NCBI GenBank assembly: GCA_964057225.1
Contig: OZ059895.1
Location: 11,532,001 to 11,596,000 of the forward strand
Source of the DNA: Auanema rhodensis
Lineage: Eukaryota; Animalia; Nematoda
Direction: 5' to 3'
Length of the DNA: 64,000 nt
The notes beneath the pieces are model-generated. The model was not told the DNA's origin and did no database searches. It saw only the letters and a program-made list of their open reading frames with translations. Both the position numbers and the translations under genes were made by a program. Below, in pieces: positions 40,070-54,600 of the stretch. Every line of letters begins with the position of its first letter. Positions within the stretch are counted from its first letter, which is position 1.

Positions 40070-42630
40070 TATCAGATATTTTTGCCCACAACTGTACCAC
40101 GTTGTAAGTACGCCATGCCGCTGATTTTCAATTTTAACTCTTTTGTAACAAATGTTTTCAATTTTCAAGCAGTTTTACTCAGATAGCTTAACCCAAAGCA
40201 GCAAATTATCTTCAATATTATTTCTATCTTACAGTTATAAACCAATAGTTAATGAACCATCATCTTACCTTTACTGTTTCTATCTATTTCCTATCGAAAG
40301 CAACTTAGTTCAAACACTATACAACTGTGACACCTTTTTTAATTTCTTGTATTTGGAGTTCATAAGATTTGATATCATCGAGGGATCCAGATAGAACGTG
40401 GAAAATCACATAACTAACATGAAATTGGGAAAAAACTATAACGAGGATAAGTATGTGAATCATTGAATATCAGATATTTTCGCTTAGGACCATACCACGT
40501 TGAAAGTACGCCATGCCGCTGATTTTCAATTTTAACTCTTTTGTAACAAATGTTTTCAATTTTCAAGCAGTTTTACTCAGATAGCTTAACCCAAGGCAGC
40601 AAATTATCTTCAATATTATTTCTATCTTACAGTTATAAACCAATAGTTAATGAACCATCATCTTACCTTTACTATTTCTATCTATTTCCTATCAAAACCA
40701 ACTTTGTTCAAACACTATACAACTGAGAAGCCTTTTTTAATTTCTTGTATTTGGAGTTCATAAGATTTGATATCATTGAGGGATTTAGATAGAACGTGGA
40801 AAATTACATAACTACCATGAAATTGGAAAAAACTATAACGAGGATAAGTATGTAAATCATTGACTATCAGATATTTTTGCTTACAACTATACCACGTTGT
40901 AAGTACGCCATGCCGCTGATTTTCAATTTTAACTCTTTTGTAACAAATGTTTTCAATTTTCAAGCAGTTTTACTCAGATAGCTTAACCCAAAGCAGCAAA
41001 TTATCTTCAATATTATTTCTATCTCACAGTTATAAACCAATAGTTAATGAACCATCATCTTACCTTTACTGTTTCTATCTATTTCCTATCGAAAGCAACT
41101 TAGTTCAAACACTATACAACTGTGAAACCTTTTTTAATTTCTTGTATTTGGAGCTCATAAGCTTTGATATCATTGAGGAATCCAGATAGAACGTGGAAAA
41201 TTACGTAACTAACATGAAATTGGAAGAAACTATAACGAGGATAAGTATGTGAATCATTGAATATCAGATATTTTCGCTTAGGACCATACCACGTTGAAAG
41301 TACGCCATGCCGCTGATTTTCAATTTTAACTCTTCTGTATTAAATGTTTTCAATTTTCAAGCAGTTTTACTCAGATAGCTTAACCCAAAGCAGCAAATTA
41401 TCTTCAATATTATTTCTATCTCACAGTTATAAACCAATAGTTAATGAACCATCATCTTACCTTTACTGTTTCTATCTATTTCCTATCGAAAGCAACTTAG
41501 TTCAAACACTATACAACTGTGAAACCTTTTTTAATTTCTTGTATTTGGAGCTCATAAGCTTTGATATCATTGAGGAATCCAGATAGAACGTGGAAAATTA
41601 CGTAACTAACATGAAATTGGAAGAAACTATAACGAGGATAAGTATGTGAATCATTGAATATCAGATATTTTTGCCCACAACTGTACCACGTTGTAAGTAC
41701 GCCATGCCGCTGATTTTCAATTTTAACTCTTTTGTAACAAATGTTTTCAATTTTCAAGCAGTTTTACTCAGATAGCTTAACCCAAAGCAGCAAATTATCT
41801 TCAATATTATTTCTATCTTACAGTTATAAACCAATAGTTAATGAACCATCATCTTACCTTTACTGTTTCTATCTATTTCCTATCGAAAGCAACTTAGTTC
41901 AAACACTATACAACTGTGACACCTTTTTTAATTTCTTGTATTTGGAGTTCATAAGATTTGATATCATCGAGGGATCCAGATAGAACGTGGAAAATCACAT
42001 AACTAACATGAAATTGGGAAAAAACTATAACGAGGATAAGTATGTGAATCATTGAATATCAGATATTTTCGCTTAGGACCATACCACGTTGAAAGTACGC
42101 CATGCCGCTGATTTTCAATTTTAACTCTTTTGTAACAAATGTTTTCAATTTTCAAGCAGTTTTACTCAGATAGCTTAACCCAAGGCAGCAAATTATCTTC
42201 AATATTATTTCTATCTTACAGTTATAAACCAATAGTTAATGAACCATCATCTTACCTTTACTATTTCTATCTATTTCCTATCAAAACCAACTTTGTTCAA
42301 ACACTATACAACTGAGAAGCCTTTTTTAATTTCTTGTATTTGGAGTTCATAAGATTTGATATCATTGAGGGATTTAGATAGAACGTGGAAAATTACATAA
42401 CTACCATGAAATTGGAAAAAACTATAACGAGGATAAGTATGTAAATCATTGACTATCAGATATTTTTGCTTACAACTATACCACGTTGTAAGTACGCCAT
42501 GCCGCTGATTTTCAATTTTAACTCTTTTGTAACAAATGTTTTCAATTTTCAAGCAGTTTTACTCAGATAGCTTAACCCAAAGCAGCAAATTATCTTCAAT
42601 ATTATTTCTATCTCACAGTTATAAACCAAT
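40070..42630 (+). repeat. 4-monomer-spaced duplication (1589 bp) of a block also found 6355 bp upstream
   Basis: GCCCACAACTGTACC occurs at ~33729, ~40084 and ~41673; AAAATCACAT at ~34047, ~40402 and ~41991. Each is followed by the CTGAGAAGCC monomer. Confidence 0.85.
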
Positions 42631-45600
42631 AGTTAATGAACCATCATCTTACCCTTATCGTTTCTATCTATTTCCTATCGAAACCAACTTTGTTCAAAAA
42701 CTATACAACTGTGAAACCTTTTTCAATTTCTTGTATTTGGAGCTCATAAAATTTGATATCATTGAGGGATCCAGATAGAACGTGGAAAATTACGTAACTA
42801 ACATAAAATTGGAAAAAACTATAACGAGGATAAGTATGTGAATCATTGAATATCAGATATTTTCGCTTAGGACCATACCACGTTGAAAGTACGCCATGCC
42901 GCTGATTTTCAATTTTAACTCTTTTGTAACAAATGTTTTCAATTTTCAAGCAGTTTTAGTCAGATAGCTTAACCCAAGGCAGCAAATTATCTTCAATATT
43001 ATTTCTATCTCACAGTTATAAACCAATAGTTAATGAAACATCATCTTACCCTTATCGTTTCTATCTATTTCCTATCGAAACCAACTTTGTTCAAAAACTA
43101 TACAACTGTGAAACCTTTTTCAATTTCTTGTATTTGGAGCTCATAAGATTTGATATCATTGAGGGATCCAGATAGAACGTGGAAAATTACGTAACTAACA
43201 TGAAATTGGAAAAAACTATAACGAGGATAAGTATGTGAATCATTGAATATCAGATATTTTCGCTTAGGACCATACCACGTTGAAAGTACGCCATGCCGCT
43301 GATTTTCAATTTTAACTCTTTTGTAACAAATTTTTTCAATTTTCAAGCAGTTTTACTCAGATAGCTTAACCCAAGGCAGCAAATTATCTTCAATATTATT
43401 TCTATCTTACAGTTATAAACCAATAGTTAATGAACCATCATCTTACATTTACTGTTTCTATCTATTTCCTATCGAAAGCAACTTTGTTCAAACACTATAC
43501 AACTGTGAAACCTTTTTTAATTTCTTGTATTTGGAGCTCATAAGATTTGATATCATCGAGGGATCCAGATAGAACGTGGAAAATTACGTAACTAACATGA
43601 AATTGGAAAAATCTATAACGAGGATAAGTATGTAAATCATTGAATACCAGATATTTTTGCTTACAACTATACCACGTTGTAAGTACACCATGCCGCTGAT
43701 TTTCAATTTTAACTCTTTTGTAACAAATGTTTTCAATTTTCAAGCAGTTTTACTCAAATAGCTTAACCCAAGGCAGCAAATTATCTTCAATATTATTTCT
43801 ATCTTACAGTTATAAACCAATAGTTAATGAACCATCATCTTACCTTTACTGTTTCTATCTATTTCCTATCGAGAGCAACTTTGTTCAAACACTATACAAC
43901 TGTGAAACCTTTTTTAATTTCTTGTATTTGGAGCTCATAAGATTTGATGTCATCGAGGGATCCAGATAGAACGTGGAAAATTACGTAACTAACATGAAAT
44001 TGGAAAAAACTATAACGAGGATAAGTATGTAAATCATTAAATACCAGATATTTTTGCTTACAACTATACCACGTTGTAAGTACACCATGCCGCTGATTTT
44101 CAATTTTAACTCTTTTGTAACAAATGTTTTCAATTTTCAAGCAGTTTTACTCAGATAGCTTAACCCAAGGCAGCAAATTATCTTCAATATTATTTCTATC
44201 TTACAGTTATAAACCAATAGTTAATGAACCATCATCTTACCTTTAATGTTTCTATGTATTTCCTATCGAAAGCAATTTTGTTCAAACACTATACAACTGT
44301 GAAACCTTTTTAATTTCTTGTATTTGGAGCTCATAAGATTTGATATCATTGAGAAATTTAGATAGAACGTGGAAAATTACATAACTACCATGAAATTGGA
44401 AAAAACTATAACGAGGATAAGTATGTAAATCATTGAATATCAGATATTTTTGCTTACAACTATACCACGTTGTAAGTACGCCATGCCGCTGATTTTCAAT
44501 TTTAACTCTTTTGTAACAAATGTTTTCAATTTTCAAGCAGTTTTACTCAGATAGCTTAACCCAAGGCAGCAAATTATCTTCAATATTATTTCTATCTTAC
44601 AGTTATAAACCAATAGTTAATGAACCATCATCTTACCTTTACTGTTTCTATCTATTTCCTATCGAAAGCAACTTTGTTCAAACACTATACAACTGTGACA
44701 CCTTTTTCAATTTCTTGTATTTGGAGTTCATAAGATTTGATATCATCGAGGGATTCAGATAGAACGTGGAAAATTACATAACTAACATGAAATTGGGAAA
44801 AAATTATAACGAGGATAAGTATGTGAAACATTGATTATCAGATATTTTCGCTTAGGACCATACCACGTTGAAAGTACGCCATGCCGCTGATTTTCAATTT
44901 TAACTCTTTTGTAACAAATGTTTTCAATTTTCAAGCAGTTTTACTCAGATAGCTTAACCCAAGGCAGCAAATTATCTTCAATATTATTTCTATCTTACAG
45001 TTATAAACCAATAGTTAATGAACCATCATCTTACCTTTACTATTTCTATCTATTTCCTATCAAAACCAACTTTGTTCAAACACTATACAACTGAGAAGCC
45101 TTTTTTAATTTCTTGTATTTGGAGTTCATAAGATTTGATATCATTGAGGGATTTAGATAGAACGTGGAAAATTACATAACTACCATGAAATTGGAAAAAA
45201 CTATAACGAGGATAAGTATGTAAATCATTGACTATCAGATATTTTTGCTTACAACTATACCACGTTGTAAGTACGCCATGCCGCTGATTTTCAATTTTAA
45301 CTCTTTTGTAACAAATGTTTTCAATTTTCAAGCAGTTTTACTCAGATAGCTTAACCCAAAGCAGCAAATTATCTTCAATATTATTTCTATCTCACAGTTA
45401 TAAACCAATAGTTAATGAACCATCATCTTACCCTTATCGTTTCTATCTATTTCCTATCGAAACCAACTTTGTTCAAAAACTATACAACTGTGAAACCTTT
45501 TTCAATTTCTTGTATTTGGAGCTCATAAAATTTGATATCATTGAGGGATCCAGATAGAACGTGGAAAATTACGTAACTAACATGAAATTGGAAAAAACTA

Positions 45601-48600
45601 TAACGAGGATAAGTATGTGAATCATTGAATATCAGATATTTTCGCTTAGGACCATACCACGTTGAAAGTACGCCATGCCGCTGATTTTCAATTTTAACTC
45701 TTTTGTAACAAATGTTTTCAATTTTCAAGCAGTTTTAGTCAGATAGCTTAACCCAAGGCAGCAAATTATCTTCAATATTATTTCTATCTCACAGTTATAA
45801 ACCAATAGTTAATGAACCATCATCTTACCCTTATCGTTTCTATCTACTTCCTATCGAAACCAACTTTGTTCAAAAACTATACAACTGTGAAACCTTTTTC
45901 AATTTCTTGTATTTGGAGCTCATAAAATTTGATATCATTGAGGGATCCAGATAGAACGTGGAAAATTACGTAACTAACATAAAATTGGAAAAAACTATAA
46001 CGAGGATAAGTATGTGAATCATTGAATATCAGATATTTTCGCTTAGGACCATACCACGTTGAAAGTACGCCATGCCGCTGATTTTCAATTTTAACTCTTT
46101 TGTAACAAATGTTTTCAATTTTCAAGCAGTTTTAGTCAGATAGCTTAACCCAAGGCAGCAAATTATCTTCAATATTATTTCTATCTTACAGATATAAACC
46201 AATAGTTAATGAAACATCATCTTACCCTTATCGTTTCTATCTATTTCCTATCGAAACCAACTTTGTTCAAAAACTATACAACTGTGAAACCTTTTTCAAT
46301 TTCTTGTATTTGGAGCTCATAAGATTTGATATCATTGAGGGATCCAGATAGAACGTGGAAAATTACGTAACTAACATGAAATTGGAAAAAACTATAACGA
46401 GGATAAGTATGTGAATCATTGAATATCAGATATTTTCGCTTAGGACCATACCACGTTGAAAGTACGCCATGCCGCTGATTTTCAATTTTAACTCTTTTGT
46501 AACAAATTTTTTCAATTTTCAAGCAGTTTTACTCAGATAGCTTAACCCAAGGCAGCAAATTATCTTCAATATTATTTCTATCTTACAGTTATAAACCAAT
46601 AGTTAATGAACCATCATCTTACATTTACTGTTTCTATCTATTTCCTATCGAAAGCAACTTTGTTCAAACACTATACAACTGTGAAACCTTTTTTAATTTC
46701 TTGTATTTGGAGCTCATAAGATTTGATATCATCGAGGGATCCAGATAGAACGTGGAAAATTACGTAACTAACATGAAATTGGAAAAAACTATAACGAGGA
46801 TAAGTATGTAAATCATTGAATACCAGATATTTTTGCTTACAACTATACCACGTTGTAAGTACACCATGCCGCTGATTTTCAATTTTAACTCTTTTGTAAC
46901 AAATGTTTTCAATTTTCAAGCAGTTTTACTCAAATAGCTTAACCCAAGGCAGCAAATTATCTTCAATATTATTTCTATCTTACAGTTATAAACCAATAGT
47001 TAATGAACCATCATCTTACCTTTACTGTTTCTATCTATTTCCTATCGAGAGCAACTTTGTTCAAACACTATACAACTGTGAAACCTTTTTTAATTTCTTG
47101 TATTTGGAGCTCATAAGATTTGATGTCATCGAGGGATCCAGATAGAACGTGGAAAATTACGTAACTAACATGAAATTGGAAAAAACTATAACGAGGATAA
47201 GTATGTAAATCATTAAATACCAGATATTTTTGCTTACAACTATACCACGTTGTAAGTACACCATGCCGCTGATTTTCAATTTTAACTCTTTTGTAACAAA
47301 TGTTTTCAATTTTCAAGCAGTTTTACTCAGATAGCTTAACCCAAGGCAGCAAATTATCTTCAATATTATTTCTATCTTACAGTTATAAACCAATAGTTAA
47401 TGAACCATCATCTTACCTTTAATGTTTCTATGTATTTCCTATCGAAAGCAACTTTGTTCAAACACTATACAACTGTGAAACCTTTTTAATTTCTTGTATT
47501 TGGAGCTCATAAGATTTGATATCATTGAGAAATTTAGATAGAACGTGGAAAATTACATAACTACCATGAAATTGGAAAAAACTATAACGAGGATAAGTAT
47601 GTAAATCATTGAATATCAGATATTTTTGCTTACAACTATACCACGTTGTAAGTACGCCATGCCGCTGATTTTCAATTTTAACTCTTTTGTAACAAATGTT
47701 TTCAATTTTCAAGCAGTTTTACTCAGATAGGTTAACCCAAGGCAGCTAATTATCTTCAATATTATTTCTATCTTACAGTTATAAACCAATAGTTAATGAA
47801 CCATCTTCTTACCTTTACTGTTTCTATCTATTTCCTATCGAAAGCAACTTTGTTCAAACACTATACAACTGTGACACCTTTTTCAATTTCTTGTATTTGG
47901 AGTTCATAAGATTTGATATCATCGAGGGATTCAGATAGAACGTGGAAAATTACATAACTAACATGAAATTGGGAAAAAATTATAACGAGGATAAGTATGT
48001 GAAACATTGAATATCAGATATTTTCGCTTAGGACCATACCACGTTGAAAGTACGCCATGCCGCTGATTTTCAATTTTAACTCTTTTGTAACAAATTTTTT
48101 CAATTTTCAAACAGTTTTACTCAGATAGCTTAACCCAAGGCAGCAAATTATCTTCAATATTATTTCTATCTTACAGTTATAAACCAATAGTTAATGAACC
48201 ATCATCTTACATTTACTGTTTCTATCTATTTCCTATCGAAAGCAACTTTGTTCAAACACTATACAACTGTGAAACCTTTTTTAATTTCTTGTATTTGGAG
48301 CTCATAAGATTTGATATCATCGAGGGATCCAGATAGAACGTGGAAAATTACGTAACTAACATGAAATTGGAAAAATCTATAACGAGGATAAGTATGTAAA
48401 TCATTAAATACCAGATATTTTTGCTTACAACTATACCACGTTGTAAGTACACCATGCCGCTGATTTTCAATTTTAACTCTTTTGTAACAAATGTTTTCAA
48501 TTTTCAAGCAGTTTTACTCAAATAGCTTAACCCAAGGCAGCAAATTATCTTCAATATTATTTCTATCTTACAGTTATAAACCAATAGTTAATGAACCATC

Positions 48601-51600
48601 ATCTTACCTTTACTGTTTCTATCTATTTCCTATCGAGAGCAACTTTGTTCAAACACTATACAACTGTGAAACCTTTTTTAATTTCTTGTATTTGGAGCTC
48701 ATAAGATTTGATGTCATCGAGGGATCCAGATAGAACGTGGAAAATTACGTAACTAACATGAAATTGGAAAAAACTATAACGAGGATAAGTATGTAAATCA
48801 TTAAATACCAGATATTTTTGCTTACAACTATACCACGTTGTAAGTACACCATGCCGCTGATTTTCAATTTTAACTCTTTTGTAACAAATGTTTTCAATTT
48901 TCAAGCAGTTTTACTCAGATAGCTTAACCCAAGGCAGCAAATTATCTTCAATATTATTTCTATCTTACAGTTATAAACCAATAGTTAATGAACCATCATC
49001 TTACCTTTAATGTTTCTATGTATTTCCTATCGAAAGCAACTTTGTTCAAACACTATACAACTGTGAAACCTTTTTAATTTCTTGTATTTGGAGCTCATAA
49101 GATTTGATATCATTGAGAAATTTATATAGAACGTGGAAAATTACATAACTACCATGAAATTGGAAAAAACTATAACGAGGATAAGTATGTAAATCATTGA
49201 ATATCAGATATTTTTGCTTACAACTATACCACGTTGTAAGTACGCCATGCCGCTGATTTTCAATTTTAACTCTTTTGTAACAAATGTTTTCAATTTTCAA
49301 GCAGTTTTACTCAGATAGCTTAACCCAAGGCAGCAAATTATCTTCAATATTATTTCTATCTTACAGTTATAAACCAATAGTTAATGAACCATCATCTTAC
49401 CTTTACTGTTTCTATCTATTTCCTATCGAAAGCAACTTTGTTCAAACACTATACAACTGTGACACCTTTTTCAATTTCTTGTATTTGGAGTTCATAAGAT
49501 TTGATATCATCGAGGGATTCAGATAGAACGTGGAAAATTACATAACTAACATGAAATTGGGAAAAAATTATAACGAGGATAAGTATGTGAAACATTGATT
49601 ATCAGATATTTTCGCTTAGGACCATACCACGTTGAAAGTACGCCATGCCGCTGATTTTCAATTTTAACTCTTTTGTAACAAATGTTTTCAATTTTCAAGC
49701 AGTTTTACTCAGATAGCTTAACCCAAGGCAGCAAATTATCTTCAATATTATTTCTATCTTACAGTTATAAACCAATAGTTAATGAACCATCATCTTACCT
49801 TTACTATTTCTATCTATTTCCTATCAAAACCAACTTTGTTCAAACACTATACAACTGAGAAGCCTTTTTTAATTTCTTGTATTTGGAGTTCATAAGATTT
49901 GATATCATTGAGGGATTTAGATAGAACGTGGAAAATTACATAACTACCATGAAATTGGAAAAAACTATAACGAGGATAAGTATGTAAATCATTGACTATC
50001 AGATATTTTTGCTTACAACTATACCACGTTGTAAGTACGCCATGCCGCTGATTTTCAATTTTAACTCTTTTGTAACAAATGTTTTCAATTTTCAAGCAGT
50101 TTTACTCAGATAGCTTAACCCAAAGCAGCAAATTATCTTCAATATTATTTCTATCTCACAGTTATAAACCAATAGTTAATGAACCATCATCTTACCCTTA
50201 TCGTTTCTATCTATTTCCTATCGAAACCAACTTTGTTCAAAAACTATACAACTGTGAAACCTTTTTCAATTTCTTGTATTTGGAGCTCATAAAATTTGAT
50301 ATCATTGAGGGATCCAGATAGAACGTGGAAAATTACGTAACTAACATGAAATTGGAAAAAACTATAACGAGGATAAGTATGTGAATCATTGAATATCAGA
50401 TATTTTCGCTTAGGACCATACCACGTTGAAAGTACGCCATGCCGCTGATTTTCAATTTTAACTCTTTTGTAACAAATGTTTTCAATTTTCAAGCAGTTTT
50501 AGTCAGATAGCTTAACCCAAGGCAGCAAATTATCTTCAATATTATTTCTATCTCACAGTTATAAACCAATAGTTAATGAACCATCATCTTACCCTTATCG
50601 TTTCTATCTATTTCCTATCGAAACCAACTTTGTTCAAAAACTATACAACTGTGAAACCTTTTTCAATTTCTTGTATTTGGAGCTCATAAAATTTGATATC
50701 ATTGAGGGATCCAGATAGAACGTGGAAAATTACGTAACTAACATAAAATTGGAAAAAACTATAACGAGGATAAGTATGTGAATCATTGAATATCAGATAT
50801 TTTCGCTTAGGACCATACCACGTTGAAAGTACGCCATGCCGCTGATTTTCAATTTTAACTCTTTTGTAACAAATGTTTTCAATTTTCAAGCAGTTTTAGT
50901 CAGATAGCTTAACCCAAGGCAGCAAATTATCTTCAATATTATTTCTATCTTACAGATATAAACCAATAGTTAATGAAACATCATCTTACCCTTATCGTTT
51001 CTATCTATTTCCTATCGAAACCAACTTTGTTCAAAAACTATACAACTGTGAAACCTTTTTCAATTTCTTGTATTTGGAGCTCATAAGATTTGATATCATT
51101 GAGGGATCCAGATAGAACGTGGAAAATTACGTAACTAACATGAAATTGGAAAAAACTATAACGAGGATAAGTATGTGAATCATTGAATATCAGATATTTT
51201 CGCTTAGGACCATACCACGTTGAAAGTACGCCATGCCGCTGATTTTCAATTTTAACTCTTTTGTAACAAATTTTTTCAATTTTCAAGCAGTTTTACTCAG
51301 ATAGCTTAACCCAAGGCAGCAAATTATCTTCAATATTATTTCTATCTTACAGTTATAAACCAATAGTTAATGAACCATCATCTTACATTTACTGTTTCTA
51401 TCTATTTCCTATCGAAAGCAACTTTGTTCAAACACTATACAACTGTGAAACCTTTTTTAATTTCTTGTATTTGGAGCTCATAAGATTTGATATCATCGAG
51501 GGATCCAGATAGAACGTGGAAAATTACGTAACTAACATGAAATTGGAAAAAACTATAACGAGGATAAGTATGTAAATCATTGAATACCAGATATTTTTGC

Positions 51601-54600
51601 TTACAACTATACCACGTTGTAAGTACACCATGCCGCTGATTTTCAATTTTAACTCTTTTGTAACAAATGTTTTCAATTTTCAAGCAGTTTTACTCAAATA
51701 GCTTAACCCAAGGCAGCAAATTATCTTCAATATTATTTCTATCTTACAGTTATAAACCAATAGTTAATGAACCATCATCTTACCTTTACTGTTTCTATCT
51801 ATTTCCTATCGAGAGCAACTTTGTTCAAACACTATACAACTGTGAAACCTTTTTTAATTTCTTGTATTTGGAGCTCATAAGATTTGATGTCATCGAGGGA
51901 TCCAGATAGAACGTGGAAAATTACGTAACTAACATGAAATTGGAAAAAACTATAACGAGGATAAGTATGTAAATCATTAAATACCAGATATTTTTGCTTA
52001 CAACTATACCACGTTGTAAGTACACCATGCCGCTGATTTTCAATTTTAACTCTTTTGTAACAAATGTTTTCAATTTTCAAGCAGTTTTACTCAGATAGCT
52101 TAACCCAAGGCAGCAAATTATCTTCAATATTATTTCTATCTTACAGTTATAAACCAATAGTTAATGAACCATCATCTTACCTTTAATGTTTCTATGTATT
52201 TCCTATCGAAAGCAACTTTGTTCAAACACTATACAACTGTGAAACCTTTTTAATTTCTTGTATTTGGAGCTCATAAGATTTGATATCATTGAGAAATTTA
52301 GATAGAACGTGGAAAATTACATAACTACCATGAAATTGGAAAAAACTATAACGAGGATAAGTATGTAAATCATTGAATATCAGATATTTTTGCTTACAAC
52401 TATACCACGTTGTAAGTACGCCATGCCGCTGATTTTCAATTTTAACTCTTTTGTAACAAATGTTTTCAATTTTCAAGCAGTTTTACTCAGATAGCTTAAC
52501 CCAAGGCAGCAAATTATCTTCAATATTATTTCTATCTTACAGTTATAAACCAATAGTTAATGAACCATCATCTTACCCTTATCGTTTCTATCTATTTCCT
52601 ATCGAAACCAACTTTGTTCAAAAACTATACAACTGTGACACCTTTTTCAATTTCTTGTATTTGGAGTTCATAAGATTTGATATCATCGAGGGATTCAGAT
52701 AGAACGTGGAAAATTACATAACTAACATGAAATTGGGAAAAAATTATAACGAGGATAAGTATGTGAAACATTGATTATCAGATATTTTCGCTTAGGACCA
52801 TACCACGTTGAAAGTACGCCATGCCGCTGATTTTCAATTTTAACTCTTTTGTAACAAATGTTTTCAATTTTCAAGCAGTTTTACTCAGATAGCTTAACCC
52901 AAGGCAGCAAATTATCTTCAATATTATTTCTATCTTACAGTTATAAACCAATAGTTAATGAACCATCATCTTACCTTTACTATTTCTATCTATTTCCTAT
53001 CAAAACCAACTTTGTTCAAACACTATACAACTGAGAAGCCTTTTTTAATTTCTTGTATTTGGAGTTCATAAGATTTGATATCATTGAGGGATTTAGATAG
53101 AACGTGGAAAATTACATAACTACCATGAAATTGGAAAAAACTATAACGAGGATAAGTATGTAAATCATTGACTATCAGATATTTTTGCTTACAACTATAC
53201 CACGTTGTAAGTACGCCATGCCGCTGATTTTCAATTTTAACTCTTTTGTAACAAATGTTTTCAATTTTCAAGCAGTTTTACTCAGATAGCTTAACCCAAA
53301 GCAGCAAATTATCTTCAATATTATTTCTATCTCACAGTTATAAACCAATAGTTAATGAACCATCATCTTACCCTTATCGTTTCTATCTATTTCCTATCGA
53401 AACCAACTTTGTTCAAAAACTATACAACTGTGAAACCTTTTTCAATTTCTTGTATTTGGAGCTCATAAAATTTGATATCATTGAGGGATCCAGATAGAAC
53501 GTGGAAAATTACGTAACTAACATGAAATTGGAAAAAACTATAACGAGGATAAGTATGTGAATCATTGAATATCAGATATTTTCGCTTAGGACCATACCAC
53601 GTTGAAAGTACGCCATGCCGCTGATTTTCAATTTTAACTCTTTTGTAACAAATTTTTTCAATTTTCAAGCAGTTTTACTCAGATAGCTTAACCCAAGGCA
53701 GCAAATTATCTTCAATATTATTTCTATCTTACAGTTATAAACCAATAGTTAATGAACCATCATCTTACATTTACTGTTTCTATCTATTTCCTATCGAAAG
53801 CAACTTTGTTCAAACACTATACAACTGTGAAACCTTTTTTAGTTTCTTGTATTTGGAGCTCATAAGATTTGATATCATCGAGGGATCCAGATAGAACGTG
53901 GAAAATTACGTAACTAACATGAAATTGGAAAAAACTATAACGAGGATAAGTATGTAAATCATTGAATACCAGATATTTTTGCTTACAACTATACCACGTT
54001 GTAAGTACACCATGCCGCTGATTTTCAATTTTAACTCTTTTGTAACAAATGTTTTCAATTTTCAAGCAGTTTTACTCAAATAGCTTAACCCAAGGCAGCA
54101 AATTATCTTCAATATTATTTCTATCTTACAGTTATAAACCAATAGTTAATGAACCATCATCTTACCTTTACTGTTTCTATCTATTTCCTATCGAGAGCAA
54201 CTTTGTTCAAACACTATACAACTGTGAAACCTTTTTTAATTTCTTGTATTTGGAGCTCATAAGATTTGATGTCATCGAGGGATCCAGATAGAACGTGGAA
54301 AATTACGTAACTAACATGAAATTGGAAAAAACTATAACGAGGATAAGTATGTAAATCATTAAATACCAGATATTTTTGCTTACAACTATACCACGTTGTA
54401 AGTACACCATGCCGCTGATTTTCAATTTTAACTCTTTTGTAACAAATGTTTTCAATTTTCAAGCAGTTTTACTCAGATAGCTTAACCCAAGGCAGCAAAT
54501 TATCTTCAATATTATTTCTATCTTACAGTTATAAACCAATAGTTAATGAACCATCATCTTACCTTTAATGTTTCTATGTATTTCCTATCGAAAGCAACTT

